Origin: Candidatus Methylomirabilota bacterium
GTDB lineage: Bacteria; Methylomirabilota; Methylomirabilia; Rokubacteriales; CSP1-6
NCBI GenBank assembly: GCA_046726415.1
Contig: JBKPAK010000345.1
Location: 1-11,673, forward strand
DNA: 11,673 nt
Direction: 5' to 3'
The notes beneath the pieces were generated by a model. It worked only from the letters and a program-made list of their open reading frames with translations. It ran no database searches and had not been told where the DNA came from. The translations under genes were made by a program, and so were the position numbers. Below, one piece after another: positions 1-6,635 of this stretch (its first letter is position 1; each line of letters starts with the position of its first letter).

Positions 1-195
1 GCCAGCTATGCCGCGATCGCGAAGGCGGCTGGCAACCCGAAGGCGGTTCGCGCTGCGGGCAGCGCGTGCGCCAACAACCCCCTGCCCGTCGTGGTGCCCT
101 GCCACCGCGTCGTGCGCAGCGACGGAACGATCGGAGAGTACCTCGGTGGCGTCGACGCGAAGCGAGCCCTGCTAACGCTGGAGGGCGCGGCATGA
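1..195 (+). CDS. ogt: Methylated-DNA--protein-cysteine methyltransferase, 3' part (5' end outside window)
   Basis: Frame 1 (not in the ORF track) reads ASYAAIAKAAGNPKAVRAAGSACANNPLPVVVPCHRVVRSDGTIGEYLGGVDAKRALLTLEGAA*. It contains the PCHRV active-site motif. Stop TGA 193-195. Confidence 0.95.
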   Translation, partial: ASYAAIAKAAGNPKAVRAAGSACANNPLPVVVPCHRVVRSDGTIGEYLGGVDAKRALLTLEGAA

Positions 196-455
196 CCGCC
201 AGGACGTACACGCTGCTGGGCCCGGAGCGGCAACCCTACCAGAGCGCAACCCGCGGCGCGCTCGGCGGCCACCGGCCAGGCCGAAAATACGGCAGGCTCG
301 CCTGCCCGGCCGCGCTCCGGGCCATCGCTCGCGGCGGGTACGTCAGGAATCGCGTGTTCTTCGCCGACGAGCAGACCGCCGTCGCGGCCTGGTACCGGCC
401 ACGCGCCGCCTGCCTGCCCGACGAGTACGCGCAATGGAAGGCACGGCCGTCCTGA
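192..455 (+). CDS. Small stand-alone Ada-type metal-binding-domain protein (87 aa), possibly degenerate
   Basis: ATG overlaps the ogt stop (ATGA). Protein MTARTYTLLG...KYGRLACPAALRAIARGGYVRNRVFFADEQTAVAAWYRPRAACLP matches the Ada N-terminal Zn-domain layout (FF..E..A..AGYRPC..C.P). Confidence 0.85.
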   Translation: MTARTYTLLGPERQPYQSATRGALGGHRPGRKYGRLACPAALRAIARGGYVRNRVFFADEQTAVAAWYRPRAACLPDEYAQWKARPS

Positions 456-506
456 CGGTGCGTGGGCTCGACCTTCACCTTGCCGCTGGGCTACGCCGAC
501 AAAATC

Positions 507-530
507 AATTCCTGGGTGAAGTCTGGGTAA
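507..530. repeat. Left pair of CTGGGTRA repeats (putative integrase arm-binding sites)
   Basis: aattCCTGGGTGAAgtCTGGGTAA; cores 11 bp apart. The 15-mer AATTCCTGGGTGAAG (507-521) recurs exactly at 739-753. Confidence 0.7.
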
Positions 531-568
531 ACGAAAGGGGTCAGCGGCTCTTGCGTCCGCTAACCCCT
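529..568 (-). terminator. Rho-independent terminator downstream of the tRNA fragment
   Basis: Minus strand AGGGGTTAGCGG, 9-nt loop, CCGCTGACCCCT: a 12-bp stem with one G:U, followed by TTCGTTT. It lies 10 nt past the tRNA CCA end. Confidence 0.75.
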
Positions 569-577
569 CGTCGTCGA

Positions 578-625
578 TGGTTGCGGGGGTCGGATTTGAA
601 CCGACGACCTTTGGGTTATGAGCCC
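578..625 (-). mobile_element. 3' half of tRNA-fMet(CAT); att core of a tRNA-targeting integrative element, not an intact tRNA
   Basis: Minus strand GGGCTCATAACCCAAAGGTCGTCGGTTCAAATCCGACCCCCGCAACCA has the anticodon stem with three G:C pairs, CAT anticodon, T-loop GTTCAAATC, acceptor 3' strand and CCA. The D-arm and 5' acceptor strand are absent beyond 625. Confidence 0.92.
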
Positions 626-729
626 TTTTCAAATCGAGACTGTGGCCAACGCGCCACAAAGAACACATCGAAAATTAGCGCTTCTGACGTCTTCGGTTTT
701 GGGCCTCTTTGGCTCTCGTTGGGAGCAAC

Positions 730-753
730 TTCCTGGGTAATTCCTGGGTGAAG
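730..753. repeat. Right pair of CTGGGTRA repeats (putative integrase arm-binding sites)
   Basis: TTCCTGGGTAA-TTCCTGGGTGAAG; 11-bp period; same orientation as 507-530. Confidence 0.7.
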
Positions 754-873
754 CGACGGCGTTCCAAAGGTCCGAATAGTTCCGCAGTGGGGGATTTGCC
801 TGGACGTTGACGACCTGCTGACCCGCGGGCCACTGTCTGGGCAAGCTCCCGGACCGTTCGGTGGAGGCCCGAT

Positions 874-1027
874 ATGCTGTGCCCCCGCCCCGGAGCTCGC
901 TTCTGCAACTCATGTGGTGCCGGTCTTGAGCTCACCCTGTCCGTCGTGCCGCCACAGTAATCCGGCTGGAAGCCTGGTCTGTGACTGCGGGTATGCCCGG
1001 TTTCGCGCCCCGCGGTGCGCAAGCTAG
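874..1027 (+). pseudogene. Degraded double zinc-ribbon (DZR) N-terminal gene fragment
   Basis: RBS GGAGG 863-867, ATG 874: MLCPRPGARFCNSCGAGLELT. After a +1 shift at about 937 it continues CPSCRHSNPAGSLVCDCGY, to TAG 1025-1027. This is the CxxC/FCxxCG repeat pattern of DZR domains, with the first and last knuckles damaged. Confidence 0.75.
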
Positions 1028-1189
1028 GCTATCTCAGCTCTCAGCGTAGGGCAGTGTCCTCGCGATCCGCAGGGCGATGTGCAACACTACCGTCTGCTCG
1101 CATGTGAGGGCGCAGAGACACATCATGGAGAGCATAGGCGCGATAAAGGGCCTGTCCCCTCTCCAGAGACAGACTGCCACTCTCCACGC

Positions 1190-1357
1190 GTTGGGCGCGA
1201 GCGCGTTCCCGACGCAGAGATAGCTCAGCTCCGGCCGCGGGTTGGCGCGACCGCAATGGCGCGCCTGCAGTGGGCGCTCAACCTTGCGCGTCGCGATCTC
1301 GACACGCTGACCGTTGGTGACTGGGCCAACCTCCAGCGAGAGTTCCTCGCCTTTTGG
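1190..1357 (+). pseudogene. N-terminal remnant of a hypothetical protein, fused in frame to the following fragment
   Basis: RVGATAMARLQWALNLARRDLDTLTVGDWANLQREFLAF is helical and protein-like but unrelated to the downstream part of ORF 1079-1813. Start codon uncertain. Confidence 0.4.
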
Positions 1358-1796
1358 GCCGCCGAGAATGCCCTGGCCCGCGAGCTGACCAAGCGCGGTG
1401 CCGTGGGCATCGCCGCCTACAGCATTCTCGGCGACGTCGATCCCAAAGACGAAGCGAAGATCAAGGAGGGTTTCGAGAAGGCGGGCGCCGTGGGAGTGGT
1501 CGTGCTCCGCCCTGTCGGCAAGGAAAAGGAAGTCTACTCGACGCCGTCCGTCTATGCGGGCCCCTATGGCACGTTCTGGGGTGGATACTACCCGGGCGCC
1601 TGGAGCGGCGCGCAGGTGCACACCAACACGATCGTGATCGTTGAAACCCTCGTCTATTCGCTGCGGCAGAACAAGCTCGTGTGGGCGGGGGAGAGCCGGA
1701 CGACGAACCCCACGAACGTGGACGCGTTCGTTCATTCAAGAGCTGGTGGCGGAGGCGGCCGCGGCGATGAAGAAACAAGGGGTGATTGCCAACTGA
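1358..1796 (+). pseudogene. 5'-truncated, frameshifted DUF4136-like exported/lipoprotein gene
   Basis: AAENALARELTKRG...GYYPGAW...VETLVYSLRQNKLVWAGESRTTNP resembles the DUF4136-like pattern; no signal peptide. A GTTC duplication (1726-1733) shifts the frame; removing it gives ...DAFIQELVAEAAAAMKKQGVIAN* (TGA 1794-1796). Confidence 0.75.
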
Positions 1797-1818
1797 GCAT
1801 CGGCATGTGGTGAGGCGG

Positions 1819-3579
1819 CTAGCGGCCGACCACGTTCACCTCGGCGCTGTCCGCGTGGATCTCCAACCCCTCGCCATGGTCGAAAGCCAGGGCGAGGAAG
1901 AGCACGTAGTATCCGGCGGCGGCGGGGCCGCTGTGAATCTCGAGGTGCGCGACCTGTTGAACCGGCCCGACGTGCGTGGGGCGGCTCGGGAGGTCGAAGG
2001 GTCTGGTCGCCGGCGTCCACGCCCAGGTGCCGTTATCTTGCAGAAGGTAGTAGACGGCGCCCGTGTCTGCGCCCTGGTGGGGGTAGACCACCACGCCGAC
2101 ATACCAGTTGGCCATCAGGCCTTCGAAGTGGCCTGCCAGGAGACTGATGTGGGCCTCGAGGTGGTCGGACGTCGTCGCCTGGACCACCTCGGAGTTCGCG
2201 CTGTCCTGCGCCCGGGCGGCAGTACCCGCGGTCTGGGTGGTCCGGGTGGTCCGGGTGGTCACCAGCACTTCCGCGTCGGGCTTCGTGAACAGCGAGTGGA
2301 TCACGTCATACGCCGCGCGGGGTACGAGAGTGTCTGCCGGCCACGGCTGATTGGCCGACAGGTTGTAGTTCTGGTCGAGGGGTCGAGTCGGGTCCTTGAT
2401 CAGCGAGTGGATGCCGAACCACTCCTCGTCGTGCCATCTGCCGGGAAATTCGAGGCTCGGGCCGCTGGCGGTGCCGTCCTGCTTCGACGGCGAGCACGTC
2501 GGGCATCCCTGCTTGTCCCACTGGTCAGCCCACATGAAGAGCGCGCCGCCCGAGGACACCCCGCGGTTAAGGGTGGAGTAATTGACCATGTCGTTGTAGT
2601 GATTGCGAATATAGGTGGCCTGGTCTTGCGCCCGGTTGGGCAACTCGGTCGGCACGCCGGTCGGGTACGCGGCGTCGGGAACGTGTTGCGAGGCCGGGGC
2701 ACCCCATTCCGTCATGAGGAGCGGCTTCTTGGCCTTCGCCTGGTAATCCGTCCAGAATTCGGGGGTGAACCCGATGTCGATGCGGCCGCGGTAGTTGTTG
2801 ATCCCCCACACGTCCAGGTGAGGCATGACATTGGCGGGGGCACCCGGGGCGTGAGCGTTGGCGCCGTCGATGGACCTGAACCCGTCGTCGACGAGGGCCA
2901 TCGTGGTGAGCTTGTCCGGGGCGATCTCCTTGATGATTCCGGCGAGCCGGTCGATCCACTGCCAGAACTGCGGATTGGTGCGGGTCCCTTCAGCGTTGAG
3001 CTCGTTGCCGACCATGAAACCCATCACGGCCGGGTGGTCCTTCAACTCAGTCGCGAGCTGGCGGTACACGTCCTCGATCTGGGCCTGATAGGCCGAGTCG
3101 GCCCAGCGACCCGATTCGATGAACACGTTGACGAGGACGTACATGGGGCGGGTCCCGCTGTTGTAGGCCAAGTCCAGGAAGCCTTGGTGGCTGAGGGTCC
3201 GGGTCTTGTTCCCGTTGAGCGGCGACACGACAAAATCGGCATCCGCCCAGGCCCACATGGAGTAGAGCCGGACGAGGTTCACGCCCGCGGCGCGCATCAG
3301 AGGCAGGTCGCGATCGAGGTACAGCCCCCACACGGGGTCCTGGTCCGGGAAGTTGTAGAAGTAGTCACCGTAGGGGGGCTTGCCGCTCTCGTTTCCCAGG
3401 GGGAGCGGGAAGTAGCAGACACCCTTGGCGAAGAAGGGCTGACCGTTGAGCAGAATCTTGTATCCATCAACGGTCCACCTGGTCGTTTGGGCCTGACCGG
3501 AGTCTGCCGTGGCGAGCAGGAAGGCCAGGACGGCGGTGAGCACGACGAGGACAGTACGAGTGCGAGTCAGGTGCGTCAC
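1819..3579 (-). CDS. Secreted clan GH-A glycoside hydrolase (GH2-catalytic/GH5-like TIM barrel) with Thr-rich linker and C-terminal beta-rich domain, 586 aa
   Basis: RBS GGAGGT before GTG. Sec-type signal peptide. Motifs LNGQPFFAKGVCY, DRDLPLMRAAGVNLVRLY, acid/base VGNE, nucleophile LLMTEWG, and FMWADQW. The exact GH family cannot be fixed by eye. Confidence 0.9.
   Translation of the reverse strand: MTHLTRTRTVLVVLTAVLAFLLATADSGQAQTTRWTVDGYKILLNGQPFFAKGVCYFPLPLGNESGKPPYGDYFYNFPDQDPVWGLYLDRDLPLMRAAGVNLVRLYSMWAWADADFVVSPLNGNKTRTLSHQGFLDLAYNSGTRPMYVLVNVFIESGRWADSAYQAQIEDVYRQLATELKDHPAVMGFMVGNELNAEGTRTNPQFWQWIDRLAGIIKEIAPDKLTTMALVDDGFRSIDGANAHAPGAPANVMPHLDVWGINNYRGRIDIGFTPEFWTDYQAKAKKPLLMTEWGAPASQHVPDAAYPTGVPTELPNRAQDQATYIRNHYNDMVNYSTLNRGVSSGGALFMWADQWDKQGCPTCSPSKQDGTASGPSLEFPGRWHDEEWFGIHSLIKDPTRPLDQNYNLSANQPWPADTLVPRAAYDVIHSLFTKPDAEVLVTTRTTRTTQTAGTAARAQDSANSEVVQATTSDHLEAHISLLAGHFEGLMANWYVGVVVYPHQGADTGAVYYLLQDNGTWAWTPATRPFDLPSRPTHVGPVQQVAHLEIHSGPAAAGYYVLFLALAFDHGEGLEIHADSAEVNVVGR
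2236..2260. repeat. 9-bp tandem repeat (GGGTGGTCC) encoding the TTR-TTR-TTQ linker
   Basis: gggtggtcc gggtggtcc gggtggtc inside the hydrolase gene, between its two domains. Confidence 0.7.
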
Positions 3580-3689
3580 GCATCACCTCCGCGGTGGGTT
3601 GGGAAAGGAAAGAATGCACACGCGCAGCCGGGATGATACATCATGTCCGCCAGTAGTGTGGAGGGAGTAATCGGCAGGACCAGGAAGGA

Positions 3690-4004
3690 TCAGCTGGGTC
3701 GAAAAATCGGGCCGCGGGCCGCGTCGACGGTGACGAGGGTCAGCCCCTGGCCAGCGCTCAGGTGCTCGGGCGCGCCCGCCACACGCGCGGTGAGACGCAC
3801 GCCCTCGTGAAGCTCGACGAGACCGACTGCATAGGGCGCTTCCGCCGCGTAGCGAGCGGAAGCCACGCGGATCACTGTCCAGGACACCAGCCGGCCCCGC
3901 CCGGAAAGGCTCAAGGATTCCCCGCCTTCCGCCCCGCAGTATCGGCAAGCGGCGGCGTTCACCGACACCTTGCCGCACTCGACGCAGCGCCGGGCCGGAA
4001 GCAT
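3690..4004 (-). CDS. DUF35/ChsH2-like Zn-ribbon plus OB-fold protein (104 aa)
   Basis: GGAGG RBS before ATG 4004. CVECG...CRYCG, SGRGRLVSWTVI, PYAVGLVELHEGVRLTARV. Lies directly downstream of a thiolase. Confidence 0.92.
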   Translation of the reverse strand: MLPARRCVECGKVSVNAAACRYCGAEGGESLSLSGRGRLVSWTVIRVASARYAAEAPYAVGLVELHEGVRLTARVAGAPEHLSAGQGLTLVTVDAARGPIFRPS

Positions 4005-4020
4005 CAGATCCTCCGTATCG

Positions 4021-5178
4021 TCACCGCCGACCCAGGATGGTGACCGTGCTGACCACGCCGGTACCGCCCAGATTGTGGGCGAGGCCGATCTCGCAGTTTC
4101 GGACCTGGTTGGCGGCTTCGCCCCGGAGCTGCCGGACCAGCTCGTAGACCTGCGCGCATCCGGTGGCACCCACGGGATGCCCCTTCGCGATCAGCCCGCC
4201 CGACGGGTTGACGGCCACCTTCCCGTCGAGCGCGCTCCAGCCTTCCTCCACCGCCCGTCCGCCCTGACCGCGCGGAAAGAGTCCGAGATCCTCGGTGGCC
4301 ACGATCTCGGCGGTGGTGAAGCAATCGTGCAGCTCCGCGACATCCACGTCGGCGGCCGAGATCCCCGCCGCCGTGTACGCCTCATGCACCGCCCGGACCG
4401 TGGCGGGGAAGGTGGTGATGTCGTCCATTTCCCAGAGCGTTGCGGGCCCGGTCGCATGACCGGTCCCCATCACGCGCACGGGCTTGTCGTGAAACTCGCG
4501 CGCGCGGTCCGCCGGGCAGAGGACGATGGCGGCGGCGCCGTCCGAGATCGGGGGGCAATCGAAGAGCCGGAGCGGATCGGCGATGAGCCGGGAGGCGAGC
4601 ACCTCGTCCAGTGTGACCGGTTTGCGGAACTGCGCCTTGGGATTCGCCGTGCCCAGCCCGTGATTCTTCACGGACACGAGGCCGATCTGCTCGCGCGTGG
4701 TCCCGTAACGACCCATGTGGGCGCGGGTGACGATGCCGAAGGAGCCCGGAAAGGTCAGGCCCGAGCGCATCTCCGCTTCCTCGTCCCCGGCGGTGGCCAG
4801 GCCGGCTGTCACCTCGGCCGTCGGCGTGGAGGTCATCTTCTCGGCGCCCGCCGCCAGCACGAAGTCGTAGAGCCCGAGGGCGACGCCGAGCACACCGAGA
4901 CGCAGGGCGATCCCGCCGGACGCACACGCGCCCTCCGTCTTCGTGGCCGGAATGCCGCCGAGCCCGAGCCGGTTGGCCACCATGCCCGCGATCGCCCCCT
5001 GGTTGGCCAGACGCTCGCCGATGAAGTTCCCGACGAAGAGGGCCTGGATCTTCTCGCGCGGCACTCGCGCGTCGGCTAGGGCCTCCCGACACGCGGCGAC
5101 CGCGATGTCGATGAGTCCCCGTCCTTCGAGCTTTCCAAATGCCGTCGAGCCAACGCCGATGATGGCCACGTCGCGCAT
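4021..5178 (-). CDS. SCP2/SCP-x type thiolase-family protein (385 aa)
   Basis: Likely start MRDVAIIGVG at 5178. Motifs EGACASG (active Cys), VAELHDCF, NPSGGLIAKGHPVGATG, HNLGG. Confidence 0.95.
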   Translation of the reverse strand: MRDVAIIGVGSTAFGKLEGRGLIDIAVAACREALADARVPREKIQALFVGNFIGERLANQGAIAGMVANRLGLGGIPATKTEGACASGGIALRLGVLGVALGLYDFVLAAGAEKMTSTPTAEVTAGLATAGDEEAEMRSGLTFPGSFGIVTRAHMGRYGTTREQIGLVSVKNHGLGTANPKAQFRKPVTLDEVLASRLIADPLRLFDCPPISDGAAAIVLCPADRAREFHDKPVRVMGTGHATGPATLWEMDDITTFPATVRAVHEAYTAAGISAADVDVAELHDCFTTAEIVATEDLGLFPRGQGGRAVEEGWSALDGKVAVNPSGGLIAKGHPVGATGCAQVYELVRQLRGEAANQVRNCEIGLAHNLGGTGVVSTVTILGRR

Positions 5179-5263
5179 GTCATTGCCCCCGCTGGACCTT
5201 GGGAGACGCCGTGTGACCGCATCGTACCAAAGTCCAGCCGCCCGCCCCCGGACGGCGGGTTGC

Positions 5264-5473
5264 CTACCGCACGGCCGACGGACGCGCGACACCCGCTCCC
5301 GTGGGGCCGAGCACGCGCCGAGCAAGCGCGACGAGGCGAGCGAACAGCAGCGCGTACAGAGGTGGGCGCGATGGTCGCCGCGACTGCAGCAACCGCTCCC
5401 GCGCGACCGCCGCGCGCGCCTCGGCGAGCCGCTCGGCGACCAGCATCTCCATGACCAACAGGTTGCCGTCCAT
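5264..5473 (-). CDS. Small hypothetical protein (69 aa)
   Basis: Strong RBS (GGGAGGTG) before ATG; helical Arg/Ala/Leu-rich sequence; co-oriented with the thiolase. Confidence 0.65.
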   Translation of the reverse strand: MDGNLLVMEMLVAERLAEARAAVARERLLQSRRPSRPPLYALLFARLVALARRVLGPTGAGVARPSAVR

Positions 5474-5826
5474 CTCGACACCTCCCTATCAGGCGGCGCG
5501 TTGGGGGATCACCACGATCTGGATGTCTCGCGCCCGCCGCCGCGACGGGGAGCGTAGCCGAACACGCCCCTCGTCCCGGCATTCCCTCGCCGGATCCGGA
5601 CCTCTCGCCGTCGTCTGCCTCCCGTCTTCCTTCTGGCTCTGGCCGCTCCCGGCTTCTTCTCTACGAGGGCACGGTTCTCGACGGATCGCCGCCCTTCTGA
5701 GCACCGCCGAGGGTCATCGCCCTTCCCGGACGCTTGACTTCGCCCTCCGGGGCACGATCGTGGCCTGTGACAGGGGGTAAGGGGGAAAGGTTGGCGGCAG
5801 CGAACGGGCTTTGGAATTCTTATGCT

Positions 5827-6003
5827 CTACCGCAGCCATCCGGCCGTCTCCTCGGCTGAGCGCGGCCGGCCCTCCGGATACAGATGCTGCGCGACTTCGG
5901 GGAGCGCGTGGATGCGCGTGAAGAATGGCAGATCGTCCGGCGCGATGCGCCGCAGCACCAGACGATCCGACTCCAGCCGGTCTGTGCCGTGGGCCAGGGT
6001 CAT
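5827..6003 (-). pseudogene. 3'-truncated RimJ/RimL-type GNAT acetyltransferase (58 aa remain)
   Basis: ATG overlaps the upstream stop (ATGA). MTLAHGTDRLESDRLVLRRIAPDDLPFFTRIHALPEVAQHL matches the L.T.RL.LR....D N-terminus of this family. It stops at TAG before the acetyl-CoA-binding motif, with no GNAT-like continuation seen downstream. Confidence 0.85.
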
Positions 6004-6635
6004 TGCGAAGACGTCTCCGCGTCCCTGCTGCTGCCGCCCCGGTCCTCTCTCACTGCCGATTGCTCCCCGCGTGGCAGAGCGGGCTCGTTCGGGGCGGGCC
6101 GCCAGCGCCACTCGGACTGGGGCACCTCGCGGAGCCGCTGGTGGACGAAACGCCAGCGGTGGCCCTCGGGGTCGAGCGCCTCGTAGGCGCTCACCTCCGC
6201 GCCATGGCCGCGCGGCTCCTTGGCGATCCGCGCACCCGCGGCGCGCGCGCGCTGGTAGTGCGCCTCGACGTCCGCGACGGCCACGCTGAGGTACTGGCTC
6301 TCGATGCCGCCGCGCTTCGGGCTGACCGCGCCGTGGGCGCCCTGCGTTCCGATTCCGATCACGCCGTCGCCGAACTCGACGATCGCGTAGTGGATCACCC
6401 CGTCGGCGCCCTCCATCCGCGAGGTCGGAATCTCGCGGAACCCGAACGCGCGCTCCAGGAACGAGAGCGCGGCCCGGATGTCCGCATACGGGAGCTGGGG
6501 AATGATCGTCGGTCGACGCCTGGGCTCGACCTCTTGCCGGATCGCCGCCATGAGTGCTTCCTTTCCCCGGTCGAGCGCTGACGGCTTGAATGCGGGGTCG
6601 CGCCGCAGCTTCCTCGCCAGATCGACCGGCCTCAT
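6000..6635 (-). CDS. VOC/glyoxalase-family protein with a roughly 38-aa N-terminal extension (211 aa)
   Basis: TIIPQLPYADIRAALSFLERAFGF...VADVEAHYQRARAAGARI...DPEGHRWRF is a VOC fold. ATGA overlap with the sigma gene. Confidence 0.9.
   Translation of the reverse strand: MRPVDLARKLRRDPAFKPSALDRGKEALMAAIRQEVEPRRRPTIIPQLPYADIRAALSFLERAFGFREIPTSRMEGADGVIHYAIVEFGDGVIGIGTQGAHGAVSPKRGGIESQYLSVAVADVEAHYQRARAAGARIAKEPRGHGAEVSAYEALDPEGHRWRFVHQRLREVPQSEWRWRPAPNEPALPRGEQSAVREDRGGSSRDAETSSQ

Noticed and set aside
578..655. Complete tRNA-Met gene
   Set aside because: No D-arm or 5' acceptor strand beyond 625; only the 3' 48 nt are present.
6..751. ORFs 6-668 (-) and 434-751 (+)
   Set aside because: They translate through the tRNA fragment and terminator and overlap ogt/Ada; typical spurious ORFs.
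507..753. CRISPR array from the CTGGGT repeats
   Set aside because: Repeats are too short, not regularly spaced by spacers, and no cas genes are present.
1079..1813. Single intact 244-aa gene
   Set aside because: The N-terminus is not protein-like, the middle is a fusion, and the GGGGG tail results from a 4-bp duplication.
1786..3636. 616-aa plus-strand ORF
   Set aside because: Antisense shadow of the glycoside hydrolase in high-GC DNA.
3970..5079. 369-aa plus-strand ORF
   Set aside because: Antisense shadow of the thiolase.
5179..5481. N-terminal extension of the thiolase to 486 aa
   Set aside because: Family similarity starts at MRDVAIIG, and the extension overlaps a better-supported small ORF.
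5489..5704. 71-aa minus-strand ORF
   Set aside because: No convincing RBS or motif; cannot be supported, though not excluded.
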